This document shows positions 12,540 through 27,151 of a stretch of DNA of 64,000 bases, in pieces. Position numbers and translations under genes: made by a program. The notes beneath the pieces were generated by a model. That model did no database searches, was not told the origin of the DNA, and was given only the letters and a program-made list of their open reading frames with translations. The stretch is from contig OX597816.1 of NCBI GenBank assembly GCA_951406725.2, positions 84,816,001-84,880,000 of the forward strand, given 5' to 3'. Each line of letters starts with the position of its first letter. The stretch's first letter is position 1. The DNA comes from Octopus vulgaris. Its lineage: Eukaryota.

Positions 12540-13602
12540 CAGGAGCTGGACAAAATAATGGTAATAACTAGCATCATAGCATCATAATTTTGAAATATCT
12601 AGAAAACCGTCAAAAGCTTGTTTATTTTTATGTTTTTTGATTCATTGTTAATGTTGCTTAATATGTTTTGCTAAAATTGCTGTTTCTTTTCAGATATAAT
12701 GTCAAAAAAGTAATTAAAATTCATTAAAATGACAGATCCATCGGACTTTCAAAGAGGTCAAATTGCTGGTGCTCGTATGGCAGGCGCTAGCTTAACGAAA
12801 ACAGCCAAAATGTTTGGTGTATCAAGAAGTACTGTCTCGAAAGTAATGGGAGGGCTACAATCAGAAAACCACTACTTTTAAAAACAAACGTTGCAAAGAG
12901 TTTAGAGTGGAGTAAGAACCTAAATAATTTGTCCCTCGAGAAGTGGAAGAATATTATTTTTTAGGACGAGTCATCCTTTAACTTATTTCCGACTACCGGC
13001 CGAGTATACGTGTGGAGACAGCCAAAAGAAGCACTTGACCCAGACTGTCTTCTTCCAACAGTTAAATATAGAGGAGGATCTCTGATGATCTGAGGTGGGG
13101 GATTTCTTGGAAATCCGCCGGCCCAGTGGCTTCCCTTCGTGGCAGAATTAATAGTCAAGACGATTTAAGCATTTTATCTGATCAAATTCTTCCTATCGTT
13201 GCGGAACTGTTTCCGGAGGGAAACGCAATCTTTCAGAATGATAATGCACCAATTCACACAGCTAAATTTGTTACTGAATCGCATGAGGCACATTCTAGTG
13301 AAGTTGAACATGTTACCTTGCCACCACAGTCTCCGGATCTCAATATTATTGAACAATTATGGTCCATTTTAGTAAAACAATTAAGAAGTCGATATCTGCC
13401 ACCATCATCCCTACAAGAACTGAAAGCTGTTTTACCTGAAAAATTGGCAAAACATTTTTGGAAACAATTCAAACATTGTACGAGTCCATACCTTGTAGAA
13501 TTCAAGCTGTAATTACTGGTAAAAGCAGTCCTGCCCCATACCCCATATAAAATAAATTTGTTTGAAATTTTAAGGTGTTTCCATTATTTTGTCCAACCCT
13601 TG
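12540..13602 (+). mobile_element. Tc1-like (DD34E) DNA transposon, internally deleted, both TIRs and TA target duplication
   Basis: TA|caggagctggacaaaataatgg ... ccattattttgtccaacccttg|TA. Transposase starts MTDPSDFQRGQIAGARMAG (12729), then RKPLL, FLDESSF (D1), QNDNAPIH (D2), PQSPDLNIIEQLW (E). Stops and a deletion after the first HTH. Confidence 0.93.
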
Positions 13603-14116
13603 TATATATATGCACACACTTACATAATTGACAATGTATGTGTGAAAAAGTGTTTGTGCAAGCATATTATTTTAACTACATAGTATTTTAAAAGTATGGA
13701 TACAGTTATACAAATACATTAGGACATGTTTCCCTATTAGTTAAAATCTGCTATATAGAAATCTCAAGCGAATTGTTAAATTTGGATTCTTTCATCTTTC
13801 TTCTGTACATTCAAAGTACATTAAATAATTTCCGCATTATGTAACCAAAGATTTTGCCTTCGTAGAACAGACTCTCCTTATCGTTGAATGTTTCAACGAG
13901 TTACAAGAGGTAGAAGACAGCAATAAACACTGGCAATAGAGATACACACATCCATCCATCCATCCATCCATCCATCCATCCATCCATCCATCCATACATA
14001 CATACATACATACACTCATACATACATACACTCATACATACATATATGTATGTATATGTATGCATATGTATATACGCACACACATACATATATGTATGTA
14101 TATCTATATGTATTTG

Positions 14117-14203
<87 letters not shown>

Positions 14204-14928
14204 ATTCTAAGGGTTTAATAAAAAGATATGTCTGTTAAATGGCGATGCTCGTCACATTTTCCGTAAGTTATAACAAACAGATGGTTATATGGAGTGTGTG
14301 TGTGCGCATGTATGTGCGTGTGTTTGCGCGTGTATGCATATATGTCCATATTTGTGTCTATATATATTTATGTATTAGTATGTATGTTTATATATGTATA
14401 TACGAACGTACGCTGATACGCGCACACCCACACCCACACACACACACGCACGTAGACATGTTACACATATATATGTGTAAATTAAACACGAAAGTGCTTA
14501 GAGAAAGTATCCGTGTCTCTCTGTATGTATGGAAGCATGAGTGTTTGTGTGCGTGTGTGTGTGTGTGTATGCGTGTGCGTGTGTGTTTGTGTGTATTCAA
14601 AGAATAATTACTACTCTATTTAACGCTAAGTTTGTTCGTTGATTGCAGAGTACACAAACAGTATAACCACACATTACAGTAGAACCGAAAATTCGATTAC
14701 TACATGGTTATGTTGTCATATCTCATTGTATTATTTTTCTCGGTAATCATATTTACTATTACCTCACTAACAAAATTGTTATATTATTAGTCATTCATTT
14801 GTTTCCACGCCGGGCAAAATGCTTCGCGATGTTTCGACCCGATTTTGTCAAGTAGTGTGGCTCGATGTAAACCATAAGCCCCCACCCGCAAGATTTCAGG
14901 CTTTGTGCGTATTGCAGAAAGCATTATA

Positions 14929-15185
14929 TTTTATCTTTTACGTGTTTCAGTCATTTGACTGCGGCTATGCTGTAGCACCGCCTTGAAGGGTTTCATTTGA
15001 ACAAATCGACCCCAGAGCTTATTATTCTCATTTCATTTTAGGCCTAGTAATTATTCTGTCGGGCGTTTTCGTCTAATACCGAACCGCTAAGTAACGGTGG
15101 CGTAAACACACCAACACCGGCGTGAAGCTGTGGTGAGGGCCAAACACAAAGGCGCGCACACACACCTATCTCCTCCCCTCACATA

Positions 15186-15223
<38 letters not shown>

Positions 15224-15388
15224 TGGCTTCTATATATATGATTGGCTTCTTTCATTTTCCCTCTATCATCATATCCATTCACAGGGTTTTGATCGGTCCG
15301 AAGTTATAGTAGAAATATTTACCCATGGGTCCACGCAGTGGGACTGCACCGGGAGGCACATGGTTACCATACAGCCACGCCTGCGCCT
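14929..15388 (-). mobile_element. tRNA-derived SINE family C
   Basis: The reverse complement starts aggcgcaggcgtggctgt (tRNA-like head). Body ttcagtcatttgactgcggc ... gaaccgctaagt is shared with 20031-20423 and 51204-51561. Contains an internal (TA)n. Confidence 0.85.
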
Positions 15389-15417
15389 ATTGTTAGCCAT
15401 ATACGAATTGTTAGCCA

Positions 15418-15642
15418 TTCATGAATGGCAGTAAACTGGAAGAGTATAGTTGGCGCGCAAGACGAAATTCTTAGCAGCTTTTCGTCTGTCTTTACGTTGT
15501 GAGTTCAAATTCTGCTAGGGTCGATTTTGCGCTTCATCCTTCTGGATTGATAAATTGAGTACAATTTGAGTACAAGCGCCAAAGTAATCAACTGGTCCTC
15601 TTGGCCAAAATGTTAGGCCTTGTGCCTATAGTAGAAAGGATC
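15418..15642 (+). mobile_element. SINE family A, diverged
   Basis: gagttcaaattc, cttcatccttc, ggccttgtgcctatagtagaaagg. Confidence 0.75.
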
Positions 15643-16156
15643 AATTTCTATTTATATACTGGTGTTACGCATTAGAATATAACTATGCTGGAGTACCATT
15701 CATTTGATCATGTAGACGCAATTATTTATTACAGATCATTATGTATTTAATCTAAATCTATTTGTCAAACAACTAATGTTTCCACTCTCTCTCACTCTCT
15801 CTCTCCATCTCTCCTTACGACATCCTATCCCTGCTTCGTTGTCTAGCCTCCTACCAGGCTCTCACATTTATCTTTATATACGTGTGTGCATGCAATGAGT
15901 GCTTTATGTGCTTTATAGCCTCTATCAAATTATAATCAGAATGTATCGTCCAATCCCGTCCTATATTAGAATATATAATCCCTCAAGGTATTGTACAGTG
16001 AGGACTGAACCGAAAACCCCGCACTTAAAACAGAATACTTAATCAGTTATCCACAAGCGGGCGCCTATATATATATAAAGTGTAATGCGCAAGCAGGCAC
16101 ATACACCCACACGCAACCATATATATATGTATGATATATATATGTATATATATGTA

Positions 16157-16204
<48 letters not shown>

Positions 16205-16293
16205 CTTAAACATACATACACATAATATATATGTATATATGTATAGTTTTATATATATATATATATATATGCGTGTGTGAGTGTGCGTATGTA

Positions 16294-16350
<57 letters not shown>

Positions 16351-16758
16351 TATGAGAAATTAAATATGTTTGCATATTAAAAATAATATTTACGCACGCA
16401 TGCATTCAATACTCACACAAACGCAAACGCACGCAAGTACACATATACGTATTCTTTCGGGGGTGATGAATCATGTGTCACTTCGGCAATTTCATCAGGT
16501 GATGATTCACCTGTCATTGCGTGCATTCTATCAGGCAATAAAAAAAATTTAGTTTTTTATTTTTGTCGCCTGAAGGAACGCGCAAAGCAAGAGTACATAC
16601 TAAGTACCAAAATGGTTGAGTCATTAATCTCAAACGAATAAATAAACTCTTCCGCACATACCGAGTACGCGCACACACACACACACACATACATATGCAT
16701 ATATATAGATTTACATACGTATATGCATACATATGTGTATATACATATATACATACAT

Positions 16759-16799
<41 letters not shown>

Positions 16800-16814
16800 A
16801 ATGTGTTTACATAA

Positions 16815-16878
<64 letters not shown>

Positions 16879-16960
16879 GGGAATATAATTTCAAAACTTA
16901 CAGGTAAAAATTCAATTTAACAATTGTAAATCAAATTTCACAATATATAAAATATTTATA

Positions 16961-17550
<590 letters not shown>

Positions 17551-17763
17551 CACACACACACACATAAACACACATACGCAAACACACACATACACACACA
17601 CAAACACACGCACACACACATATATTTTAATAATGCTAAAACACTAGATGTTTGTTCTTGTAATATCTCAGAAATAGTATATTTTATCTTAATTTCCTTC
17701 TTGCATATATATTTTCATACTTACTTTATGCAGTGCAGTATGAGGTTTCATGATATTTGGAGC

Positions 17764-18427
17764 TCTATATATTAATGAAAACGATTAAACACAATTTTCT
17801 TTGTTATTTCTTGACGGAAAAAAAGCATAGCTTCCGTGACGTTAACACACATACACACATACAGAATATACACGCATATAATGAAGGACATGGCTGTGAA
17901 TCAATACAAACACACGTACCCTATCTGTGACATATACACACACATAGTCTTATGCACTCTCTCTATCACTCTCTAAGTAAAAAGGAAGCCGACATTTTGA
18001 CGTATACACACACTGACATAGAGAAACCTCTTCATTGCGGAGATTACTTATCGTTTCATCATTTCAGATTTTATTCTGTTTCATTCATTTGACATTTTAC
18101 AATCTCTTTATTGTTTTAATTTAATTTTCTTAATACATTACATACAAAAATAAACGCTGAACAATTATCTCACGTGGAAAGAGACGGGGATCATTGTCGT
18201 CAAGAGATGATGCCAAAAGGCGTCAGGAAGCAGCAAGGGCAAAGCAACAACAGGCGAGGACGGCAGAGCGACTGCAGGATAACAGAGTCGTTAGAAGATG
18301 TTTTTCCCGAAATATCTCAGAAATAATACATTTTATCTCAATTTTTTTACATCTATATGTTCATACTTACTTTATGCAGTGCAGTATGAGATTTTTTTTA
18401 CCGGACCACGGTGGGTAACAAGTCTAT
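17764..18427 (+). mobile_element. Probable non-autonomous Helitron
   Basis: 5' TCTATATATTAA; 3' GC-rich degenerate hairpin accggaccacggtgggt followed by ...gtCTAT (CTRR-like). Internal MSSRDDAKRRQEAARAKQQQARTAERLQDNR resembles RepHel N-terminal charged repeats. An ~85 bp subterminal segment is duplicated at 17662-17745. Confidence 0.5.
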
Positions 18428-18466
18428 TATATATACATACATACATACATACATACATACATACAT

Positions 18467-18497
<31 letters not shown>

Positions 18498-18903
18498 TAC
18501 ATACATATATATATTTATATATATATATATATATATATACACTCTTTGAACGCAGATGATTGATTTAGTTGAAATTCTTGGATATTTGCTGAAAGAATTG
18601 CCAAGTCTTTCACCGTGATTGGAAGACAACAAAGTCCCTCATTTTGCTCTATATGATACATGGCGGGATTTGAGGATTGAACTCACAGAAGTTTTAAAAA
18701 GTTACAAGACACCTCATATAACAGTAATAACGTGATACTAGGGCAGCGTCTCGGATCGGTGTTTTTTGTACGCTGCGAGAGCATGAAATACTATGAAACT
18801 TGCGCTGTTAGCACCGAGTAGACAAAACCGGATCAAATGCTCTAAATGCCGAAAACAACTTATCAATATCGGTTGTCAAGCGGTGATGAGGGGACAAACA
18901 CAG

Positions 18904-18956
<53 letters not shown>

Positions 18957-18966
<10 letters not shown>

Positions 18967-19385
18967 TAAATTAGAGATAAAACCACTGTTAGGCAAATCA
19001 AACAATGAAAAACATAAGCCAATACATAAAATTATTTTAAATATATATCAAAAGTATTAAAAGTTTAATAAAAGATAAAGAGTAAAACACTACGATCGTT
19101 TCATGGCTGTACAATTCGTAATAATTCGAGTTATGGTTACAGTCAATCTTCAGGTAATTGAAATATTTATCTTAGCGAAGATTGACTGTAACCATAACTC
19201 AAATTATTACGAATTGTACAGCCATGAAACGATCGTAGTGTTTTACTCTTTATCTTTTATTAAACTTTTAATACTTTTGATATATATTTAAAATAATATA
19301 AATTAATTAATTTTATGTATTGGCTTATGTTTTTCATTGTTTGATTTGCCTAATAGTGGTTTTATCTCTAATTTAATATAATATA
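18957..19385. repeat. Near-perfect long palindrome (~195 bp arms, 25 nt loop) between two (TA)n tracts
   Basis: 18957-19151 is the reverse complement of 19177-19385, with 2 substitutions and one 14-nt insertion. Confidence 0.97.
19085..19159 (-). ncRNA. Type I hammerhead ribozyme-like motif
   Basis: Minus strand reads aattac-CUGAAGA-[uugacugua...uacagccau helix II]-GAAAC-GAUC-GUA-guguuu. Canonical core, palindromic helix III (ACGAUCGU), GUA triplet, weak helix I. Confidence 0.7.
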
Positions 19386-19481
<96 letters not shown>

Positions 19482-20030
19482 GTGTGTGTATAAAAAAAAT
19501 GAATAGAGATGGCTTTTGGGGGACAATTTTTATTGTAATTGTAATGTTTCTAGTTGTTCTAATGAGTTTCGAGCTTTTCGATAGCTGTTTTCAAATTGAA
19601 ATTCTGTGGTTTAGAAGGTTCGTTATATAGAAACAAATATACAAATAAGAAACGAAAATAGAAACAAATAGACAGAAAAACATACAAAATAAAGATTATA
19701 AAAGCCTAATATAAAAATAAAATAAAAAATGATAAAAGAATAGAGAAAATAAACAGCATGTGTGAAAAAAGAAGAAAGAAATGAAGAAGAAACTCCTGGC
19801 TATCAACACACCTAGACCATATCATGGACAAATTCTCAAACACCTTCATTTTAGAAGGATTAAAATTAATACAGGAAAATAATCACTTCTTTGATAGCAA
19901 CTTCTACTTACAAATAAAAGAACAGCCATGGGGACAAAAGTAGCTCCCACATGCGCAACACACATTAAGGGCTTTCTAGAGGTCAAAATTTATTCCCAAA
20001 TAGCGAAAATATTTATCGAACAGTTCTCCA

Positions 20031-20226
20031 CTTATTCTATCGGACTCTTTTGCTGAAGCGCTAAGTTACGTGGACATAAACACACCAGCATCGGTTGTCA
20101 AGCGATGTTGGGGGTAGAAACACAGACACACAAACATAACCACAGACGTACATATATATATATATATGGAAAAAAGTCAAGATAAAAAATGCTAAAATAA
20201 TTTTTCCGAAAACATTTCAGTACCGG

Positions 20227-20271
<45 letters not shown>

Positions 20272-20423
20272 ACGGGTTTCCGTCTACCAAATCCACTCAC
20301 AAGGCTTTGGTCGGCCTGAGGCTATTATAGAAGACACTTTCCCAAGGTGCCACGCATTTGGACCGAATCCGGAACCATGTGGTTGCTAAGCAAGCGACTT
20401 ACCACACAGCCACTCCTACACCT
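20031..20423 (-). mobile_element. SINE family C inserted in the Penelope remnant
   Basis: cttattctatcgg ... gcgctaagttacg ... ccgtctaccaaatccactcacaaggctttggtcggcc ... accacacagccactcc. It contains a short fragment (20167-20228) of the 32567-32700 element within its TA tract. Confidence 0.85.
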
Positions 20424-20518
20424 ATAAATATTTGATCTTTCATTCCTTCCATCCTTCCCAAAAATTAGTGTATATATATGTATATATATGGGTGTGTATA
20501 TGCGTGTGTGTGTATATG

Positions 20519-20579
<61 letters not shown>

Positions 20580-21225
20580 ACGGATGAATATTTATGTATA
20601 TGTATACACATAGAGACATGTGCATGTATGTGAATGTGTGTCTATGGATGAATGTACGAATGTATGCTTATATATGCCTGTACATAGATGCAGATGTGTG
20701 TGTATTTGTGTAAGTTGATGTATGTATACACGCATGTATAGATGTGTGGATGCGGGTGTATGTGTATGCATGTGTATATCTGTATGTATGTATGTGTGTG
20801 TATGTGTATGTGACTTAATAAGGGCATACCAAACCAACTGTGAAAAATGAATAAAATGACCTCAAATCAAAAGATTCACAAGGGTCACCTTTTGACAAGA
20901 ACTCAACAACTTTTTTTTGACCTCTCCTAAAAATATTCTATTTCTTTATTCCTCATAGTCTAATCTCTTCTCACTACCATTTTCAACTACTTTTTGTCTT
21001 CTTACTTTCCACCTTTTCCTTCCTTTCTTTCCTTCTTCTTTTTCCTTTTATCTTCTTCCTTCTTTTTTCACACATTTTATCGCTTTTTAATTTTGATTTT
21101 TTAAAAAATTAGTTTTTACAATATGTATTTGTTTCTATCTTTTATTTGCTATTTTTATTTTTTATTTGTATACTTGTAAGAAAAAAAAATCTGTTACTAT
21201 ATAACCAACCTGCTAAACAACAGAA

Positions 21226-21270
21226 TTTCAGTTTGAAAACGGCTATCGAAAAGCTCGAAACGCATTAGAA
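21226..21270 (+). ncRNA. Degenerate hammerhead-like motif in Penelope pLTR (U3-A8 variant)
   Basis: UUGAAAA-c-GGCU aucgaaa AGCU-c-GAAAC-GC-AUU. The inverted copy is at ~19557-19600. Confidence 0.5.
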
Positions 21271-21460
21271 TAACTGGAAACATTATCATTACAATAAAAA
21301 TTGGCCCCTCAAAAGTCATCTCTACTCATTCTTTCAAATAGATTATATTGTACCGAGAATATATATATATATTCATAAGTTCATTACATCTTATAGCAGA
21401 AGAGTTGTAAGCTAATGAAGTTCATAACATAAGCTTTGTTTTTCCTGTCATTTCTTATTC

Positions 21461-21576
<116 letters not shown>

Positions 21577-22428
21577 ATGCTGATATATGTGCACATATAC
21601 ATATAAATATATATTTCTCTCTAATTGTTAAAAATTCTTGGGTCTCTTAGATAAGAATTTCCGAGTAAACTAATAACCACAGAGATTTTTAATAAGTGTT
21701 CAATAAAAATATTCTTGATATACTGCCGCAATACGAAGAACATTGTCACCCAGAAGCCTCACCAAATGCCTATTACAAGTAGAAAGTGCCGAGACACTGA
21801 ACTTTGACCAAATGACGAGGTGTTTATGATAAACCCTGTCGTCTATGAGGCAGAAATCAGAGCAACGTTTGAAGATAACGTAATTGAAAAAAGACATTTT
21901 TTTATACCAAAGTAATTTAAAAAACGTTATGAAAACTACTATTCTAATGGTAAAGCCGCTCTATTGTCTAGTCACGTATGGGGTTTGAAAATCAAATGCA
22001 CTTAACATATAACCAAGCGGAGAATCGAGGAGAAATTAAGGCTTATGTAAGTGTTCCAACTTACGTGTAGAGGTAAGATTGTACATTCTTTCTAGATCGA
22101 AGAATTCCACTACACCTCTTAATTCCAGATCCAAAATTACTAGCAAATGCAAGTATATGGACAAATTTCTTTTGTCGAACTGGAGGATATTACCCCTTCT
22201 GGACTAAGTAACTATTTCACAGATTTTGGACTTCTTTCCACTCAATGAGAGCTAGTTTAATTTTGATTTCTACATTCTGAGGGAACGTAACTCTAAGTTT
22301 CTTTCTATACGTATCTTTTGTTTTTCTGTTTTTATTCACCACGTGATTTCTCATACTCTTTTCTGCATCAACCTTCTCGTTCTTTCTCGTTCTTTCTCAT
22401 GTACCAACGTTTTGATTTTTTCAAATAG

Positions 22429-22520
22429 ATCCAATTACGTGCCCAGACCCGAAAATTGCTTGGAGATGCAAGTCTCGTTATAACAATCTGCCTATACACG
22501 AGTCGCAATAGCAAGAAGCT
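22429..22520 (+). other. Candidate 92-nt exon
   Basis: tttgattttttcaaatAG acceptor and GTAAGT donor. One frame is open (IQLRAQTRKLLGDASLVITICLYTSRNSKK). No recognisable homology. Confidence 0.2.
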
Positions 22521-23036
22521 GTAAGTGGTTCTGATTTTAATACAGTGTACATTAAATGATATTTATCCGTCACTGGAGGAAGTACCTTTTTTTGTGGATC
22601 CTACCTTAACGGAACAGTAAACTCTACATACACACAAAGACACATAGACAAACACAGGAAGACACACATACACATGCAAACATACACTTATATATATATA
22701 CATATATGTATGCTTCTAAATTTGATTTTAGCCACGACTCAAAAGTCATTAATCAGACTTATGATCAACCGTACTTTTCATGATCAATGCATTAATGTTT
22801 ATTAATGTCAGCAGTTGGAGGCTGTCTTGATTGTTGTTTCTAGAAGACCGTATGTCTTGGCTGCTCTCTAGAAGATCGTATGATTATGATTCTCGTTGAT
22901 TAGAATAGTGTAAATGGTGAAAAAAAATATTAGAAACATAAGAAGCCGGAATTTTTGGTAGTAATTACGATATCTCAGTTTGTAGTTTCTAGTTTCTCCC
23001 TATAGTTTTCTATCTGCCAGTCTATCTATCTATCTC

Positions 23037-23226
<190 letters not shown>

Positions 23227-23241
23227 AATCAATCTATTGAA

Positions 23242-23313
<72 letters not shown>

Positions 23314-23474
23314 ATGTCTGTCTACCACTCTGTCTCTCTGTCTCTCTGTCTCTCTCTGTATGTGTGTCTACATAGCGTTCAGCTTTTCTGTCACTCTGTT
23401 TATCTTTTTGTCTGTTCTTCCTTGAACTTATCTGTCTACTTTCGCACGCACGCTAGCACAAGCACACACATAAA

Positions 23475-23640
23475 ATGTTTTCAACTTTTGTCACAAGACC
23501 TGGCATTAGGGAAGGGTGGCAAATCGAATATATTGATCCCGAAAAGATAAAAGGCAGAGTTGATCTCGGTGGGATTTGAACTCAAGACGGAAGGATTAAC
23601 GTAAAACACTTTGGCGCACTAAAGATTCTGTTTGCCCACC
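23475..23640 (-). mobile_element. SINE family A, diverged
   Basis: cccgaaaagataaaaggcagagttgatctcggtgggatttgaactca is the reverse complement of the core/B-box. Confidence 0.7.
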
Positions 23641-24807
23641 AACCCTACACACATACGGGCACACACTAAAAAGCTCATACAGACTCATAAAGCATATATA
23701 TTTATTGATAAGTATAACAAACGGTATGCCAGCTACTTGTTTGAAATTTCACTTTAGGTGGAAGTCTGCTTACATTATTTCTCTATGTCTCTATCACTTT
23801 CTGTTTTGCCCCTCTCCCTATTCCCTTCTCACTCGTATACCCTCGTCTCTCTCTCTCTCTCTCTCTCTCTCTTCCTCTCTTTCTACCCTCATCTCTGTAT
23901 CTCTCACCCATGCTCGCAAACGTGGACATAAAACAATCCACAGCAATACAGCAAAACATGCTAACACACACATAAATTTGCGTCAGTATAGGTACAATGA
24001 AAGCAGCATCAAATGAGAATCTTGCTGGAAATATAACGCACATAGACACACCTACATAGACACACACGTGCAGACACTCACGCACACACACACGCACACA
24101 CACAACACACAACACACACACAAACACAGAGGCAAACGCGTATGCGTACACACACTCACGCATACGCGTACACCAATCGTTTCTCTCAGCGGATGACTCA
24201 TGCCTTAAGTCCAGGAAAACACGATGAAACAAAATATAGCGAAGCTTTAATTTCCTGCGGTTAGTAACGCAAGACGTGTGCGCGTTCCTGCATTAGTGCG
24301 CGCCTCTGTGTGTGTGTACACATGCCGATGCATGTCTACGTATTTATATGTGTTTCTGTGTGCATTTGTACGCGTATATTTCTGTGTGTGTGCGTCTGTG
24401 TGCGTGTGTCTGGTTGAACTATGTACCACTATATTATTTAGGTGTACATAAGCATATCTATTTTATGATAGTCCTGTCTTATGTAGCTGTCTTCTGTATG
24501 ATGTACATGCATAGAACTTTCTAATTTATAGCGGAGCTATACAAGTTTATCTGACTAAGAGTTATTATATATGTTAGGGAAAATTGGATCTCTATATTAC
24601 GACACGCACCCACACGATACTCACTCGCAAACACATACACACGAACAGAAACACACAGACATACACCAGCAGATACACAGACAAAGAAAATAATTCATTT
24701 GTGTGCGCGTGTGTACGTGTGATTATCCTTATGTAAGTGTATGTATGCGTTTGTTTGATTATATCTGTATATATATATTTATATATATATATATATATAT
24801 GAATATA

Positions 24808-24879
<72 letters not shown>

Positions 24880-25605
24880 CATATGTATGTATATATGTAT
24901 ATATATACATATATATACATATGTATGTATATATGCATGTGTATATACATACATACATACATACATATATACACACATATACTCGCACACTCATTCAAAC
25001 ATATATGCAAATATATGTGTATGTATATGTTTGTGTGTGTGTGTTTGTGTGTGTGTTTGTGCGTGTATATATGTATGTATTGGTAAATATATTAATAAAC
25101 ATGCACTAATACACGCATCTTCGCGGGTGTGTGTACCTGTGTGTGTGTTTCTATTCGCTTATGCGCATTCTTGTTTCTATGCATCTATGAACGCCTCTTG
25201 TTTTCTCTTGTATACGTATATCTAAGTAAGTCTGTATCACGAACAACACACACGCATGCAAACATAAGCGCACACACACACAAACAGCCCTATACTTACC
25301 TGCACTAACACACGTAAACACAAATACGTATACAAAATACAATAATACTTCAATGTATTTATGTATATGTCGTGTTTGTCAGTGTACCTGTGTGTGTATG
25401 TACGTACGCACTAATGTTTATTACTTTTCCCCGAGGACGAACTCGGTGCACCAATGGAACTGTCCACACAATTGTTAATAAAATCTGTTTCTTAGTCGTG
25501 ATGGCGTGTGTTGTTGTGCCGAGTGATTGCACTAGAATATATCTATATAAGTATGGTTTCCTCTTTAAATGTGTATACATACATACATAATACATACAAA
25601 CATAC

Positions 25606-25703
<98 letters not shown>

Positions 25704-25922
25704 AAACACATAAACACTCACATGTATGCATGTATATACGGACACGGATTTCTCATACACCTACACGCACCTCCGTATTTATGAATCTGAAAATATATAC
25801 GTACATACAAATATAAATATAAATATAAATATAAGGTGCAAATTTACTAAATTTCGTCGCCAGGATTTGTCGAAAACCGCCGAAAACACACACACACAGA
25901 CACACTTACACGCACATCTGTG

Positions 25923-26010
<88 letters not shown>

Positions 26011-26293
26011 GTGTGTGTGTGTATGTATATATATATATAAAACTGTGTGTATGTTTGTGTGTATGTACATATCTATATGCTTGTGTGTGCCTCTGTGCTC
26101 CGCACGTATTGCTTGTCAATAGGCGCTGTTCTTTTCGATCCCTGTAACCTAGCTGTTTTTTCAAAATATGCAATAGTATAAGTTTCTGATTTTAAAACTG
26201 TAATTTAAATCCATCAGCATGGTCGCAGTCCTATGACAGGAGCTCGTAAATGTATGTATACATATATACATACATAGGTATAGGCACACATAC

Positions 26294-26324
<31 letters not shown>

Positions 26325-26327
26325 GAG

Positions 26328-27000
26328 TTTGAAATCAGGCACGCCTATCACAATTGCTGACAAAGATGCAGTAGAATCACTTCTCGACTTTATGAATGAG
26401 TTTTTCTTGTCCCAACATGTACTTTCACCAACAAGATATCAGAACATTTTAGACCTTGTGTCTAGTAACCACACTAACATAATACACAATATTTCTGTGG
26501 AAAAAAAAACTTCTTTCAGACCATGGCATGTTTCTCTATAACCTGAGATTTCACCAGCCGAAAGCTAACCCTAGTGACCTCTCTCCAACCCATCTATTTG
26601 ATTCCTCGGATCTCTATGATGCCGACTGGGAGGCAATCATAAACGATCAATCACACGTTGACTGGTCTTTCACACATGCACACATCTCCAGCATCAAAAT
26701 ATCTTGGCAGATCTTTATAGACACTGTCACATGCATATGTGCTAAGCACACTCCACCAAGACGTGGGAAGAAAACTAAGACAATTATCAGAAAAAAAAAA
26801 AATTTAATCAACAAACTAAAATACTGCTAACAGCCACACATAAATTCGAAGGCTATCACCCTGCTCAAATCAAAGGAAGACCATCGTCGATAACTAAAGA
26901 ATAGCTGAAGTGAAATGGGCCGTTGAGAAAATCAAACTCAACCCCAAAGCGTTCTTCTCTTTTGTGAAAAGAGTCAAGGTCACTGTCTCCATTGTTGGCC
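26328..27000 (+). mobile_element. CR1-type LINE fragment (end of APE endonuclease and tether)
   Basis: FLSQHVLSPTRYQNILDLV, shifted SDH motif, LYDADWEAI, and KIKLNPKAFFSFVK (K-NPK-F motif). Confidence 0.8.
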
Positions 27001-27083
27001 TTCAACTGTTAAACACAATATGCAGGCTGTCATGGCAGCAAATAAACACTGGACAAATGATGCCACCGTCACACACACACACA

Positions 27084-27151
<68 letters not shown>

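Larger units (their letters stand above)
19497..21335 (+). mobile_element. Penelope-like element remnant: inverted pLTR + RT fragment + pLTR, interrupted by a SINE and microsatellites
   Basis: 19793-20030 translates WLSTHLDHIMDKFSNTFILEGLKLIQENNHFFDSNFYLQIK/TAMGTKVAPTCA...GFLE (PLE RT GxAMG motif). 19497-19790 is an inverted copy of ~21030-21335. Both copies carry a hammerhead-like motif. Confidence 0.8.

Noticed and set aside
16455-16590. Short diverged tandem repeat and imperfect hairpin (tcaggcaataaaaa/tttttgtcgcctga)
   Set aside because: Probably part of another short repeat, but I cannot define its boundaries or a ribozyme fold.
26178-26218. Minus-strand CTGATGG-ATTTAAA...TTTAAAAT-CAGAAAC
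   Set aside because: A9 is altered, the stem is AT-only and there is no helix III; it may be chance.
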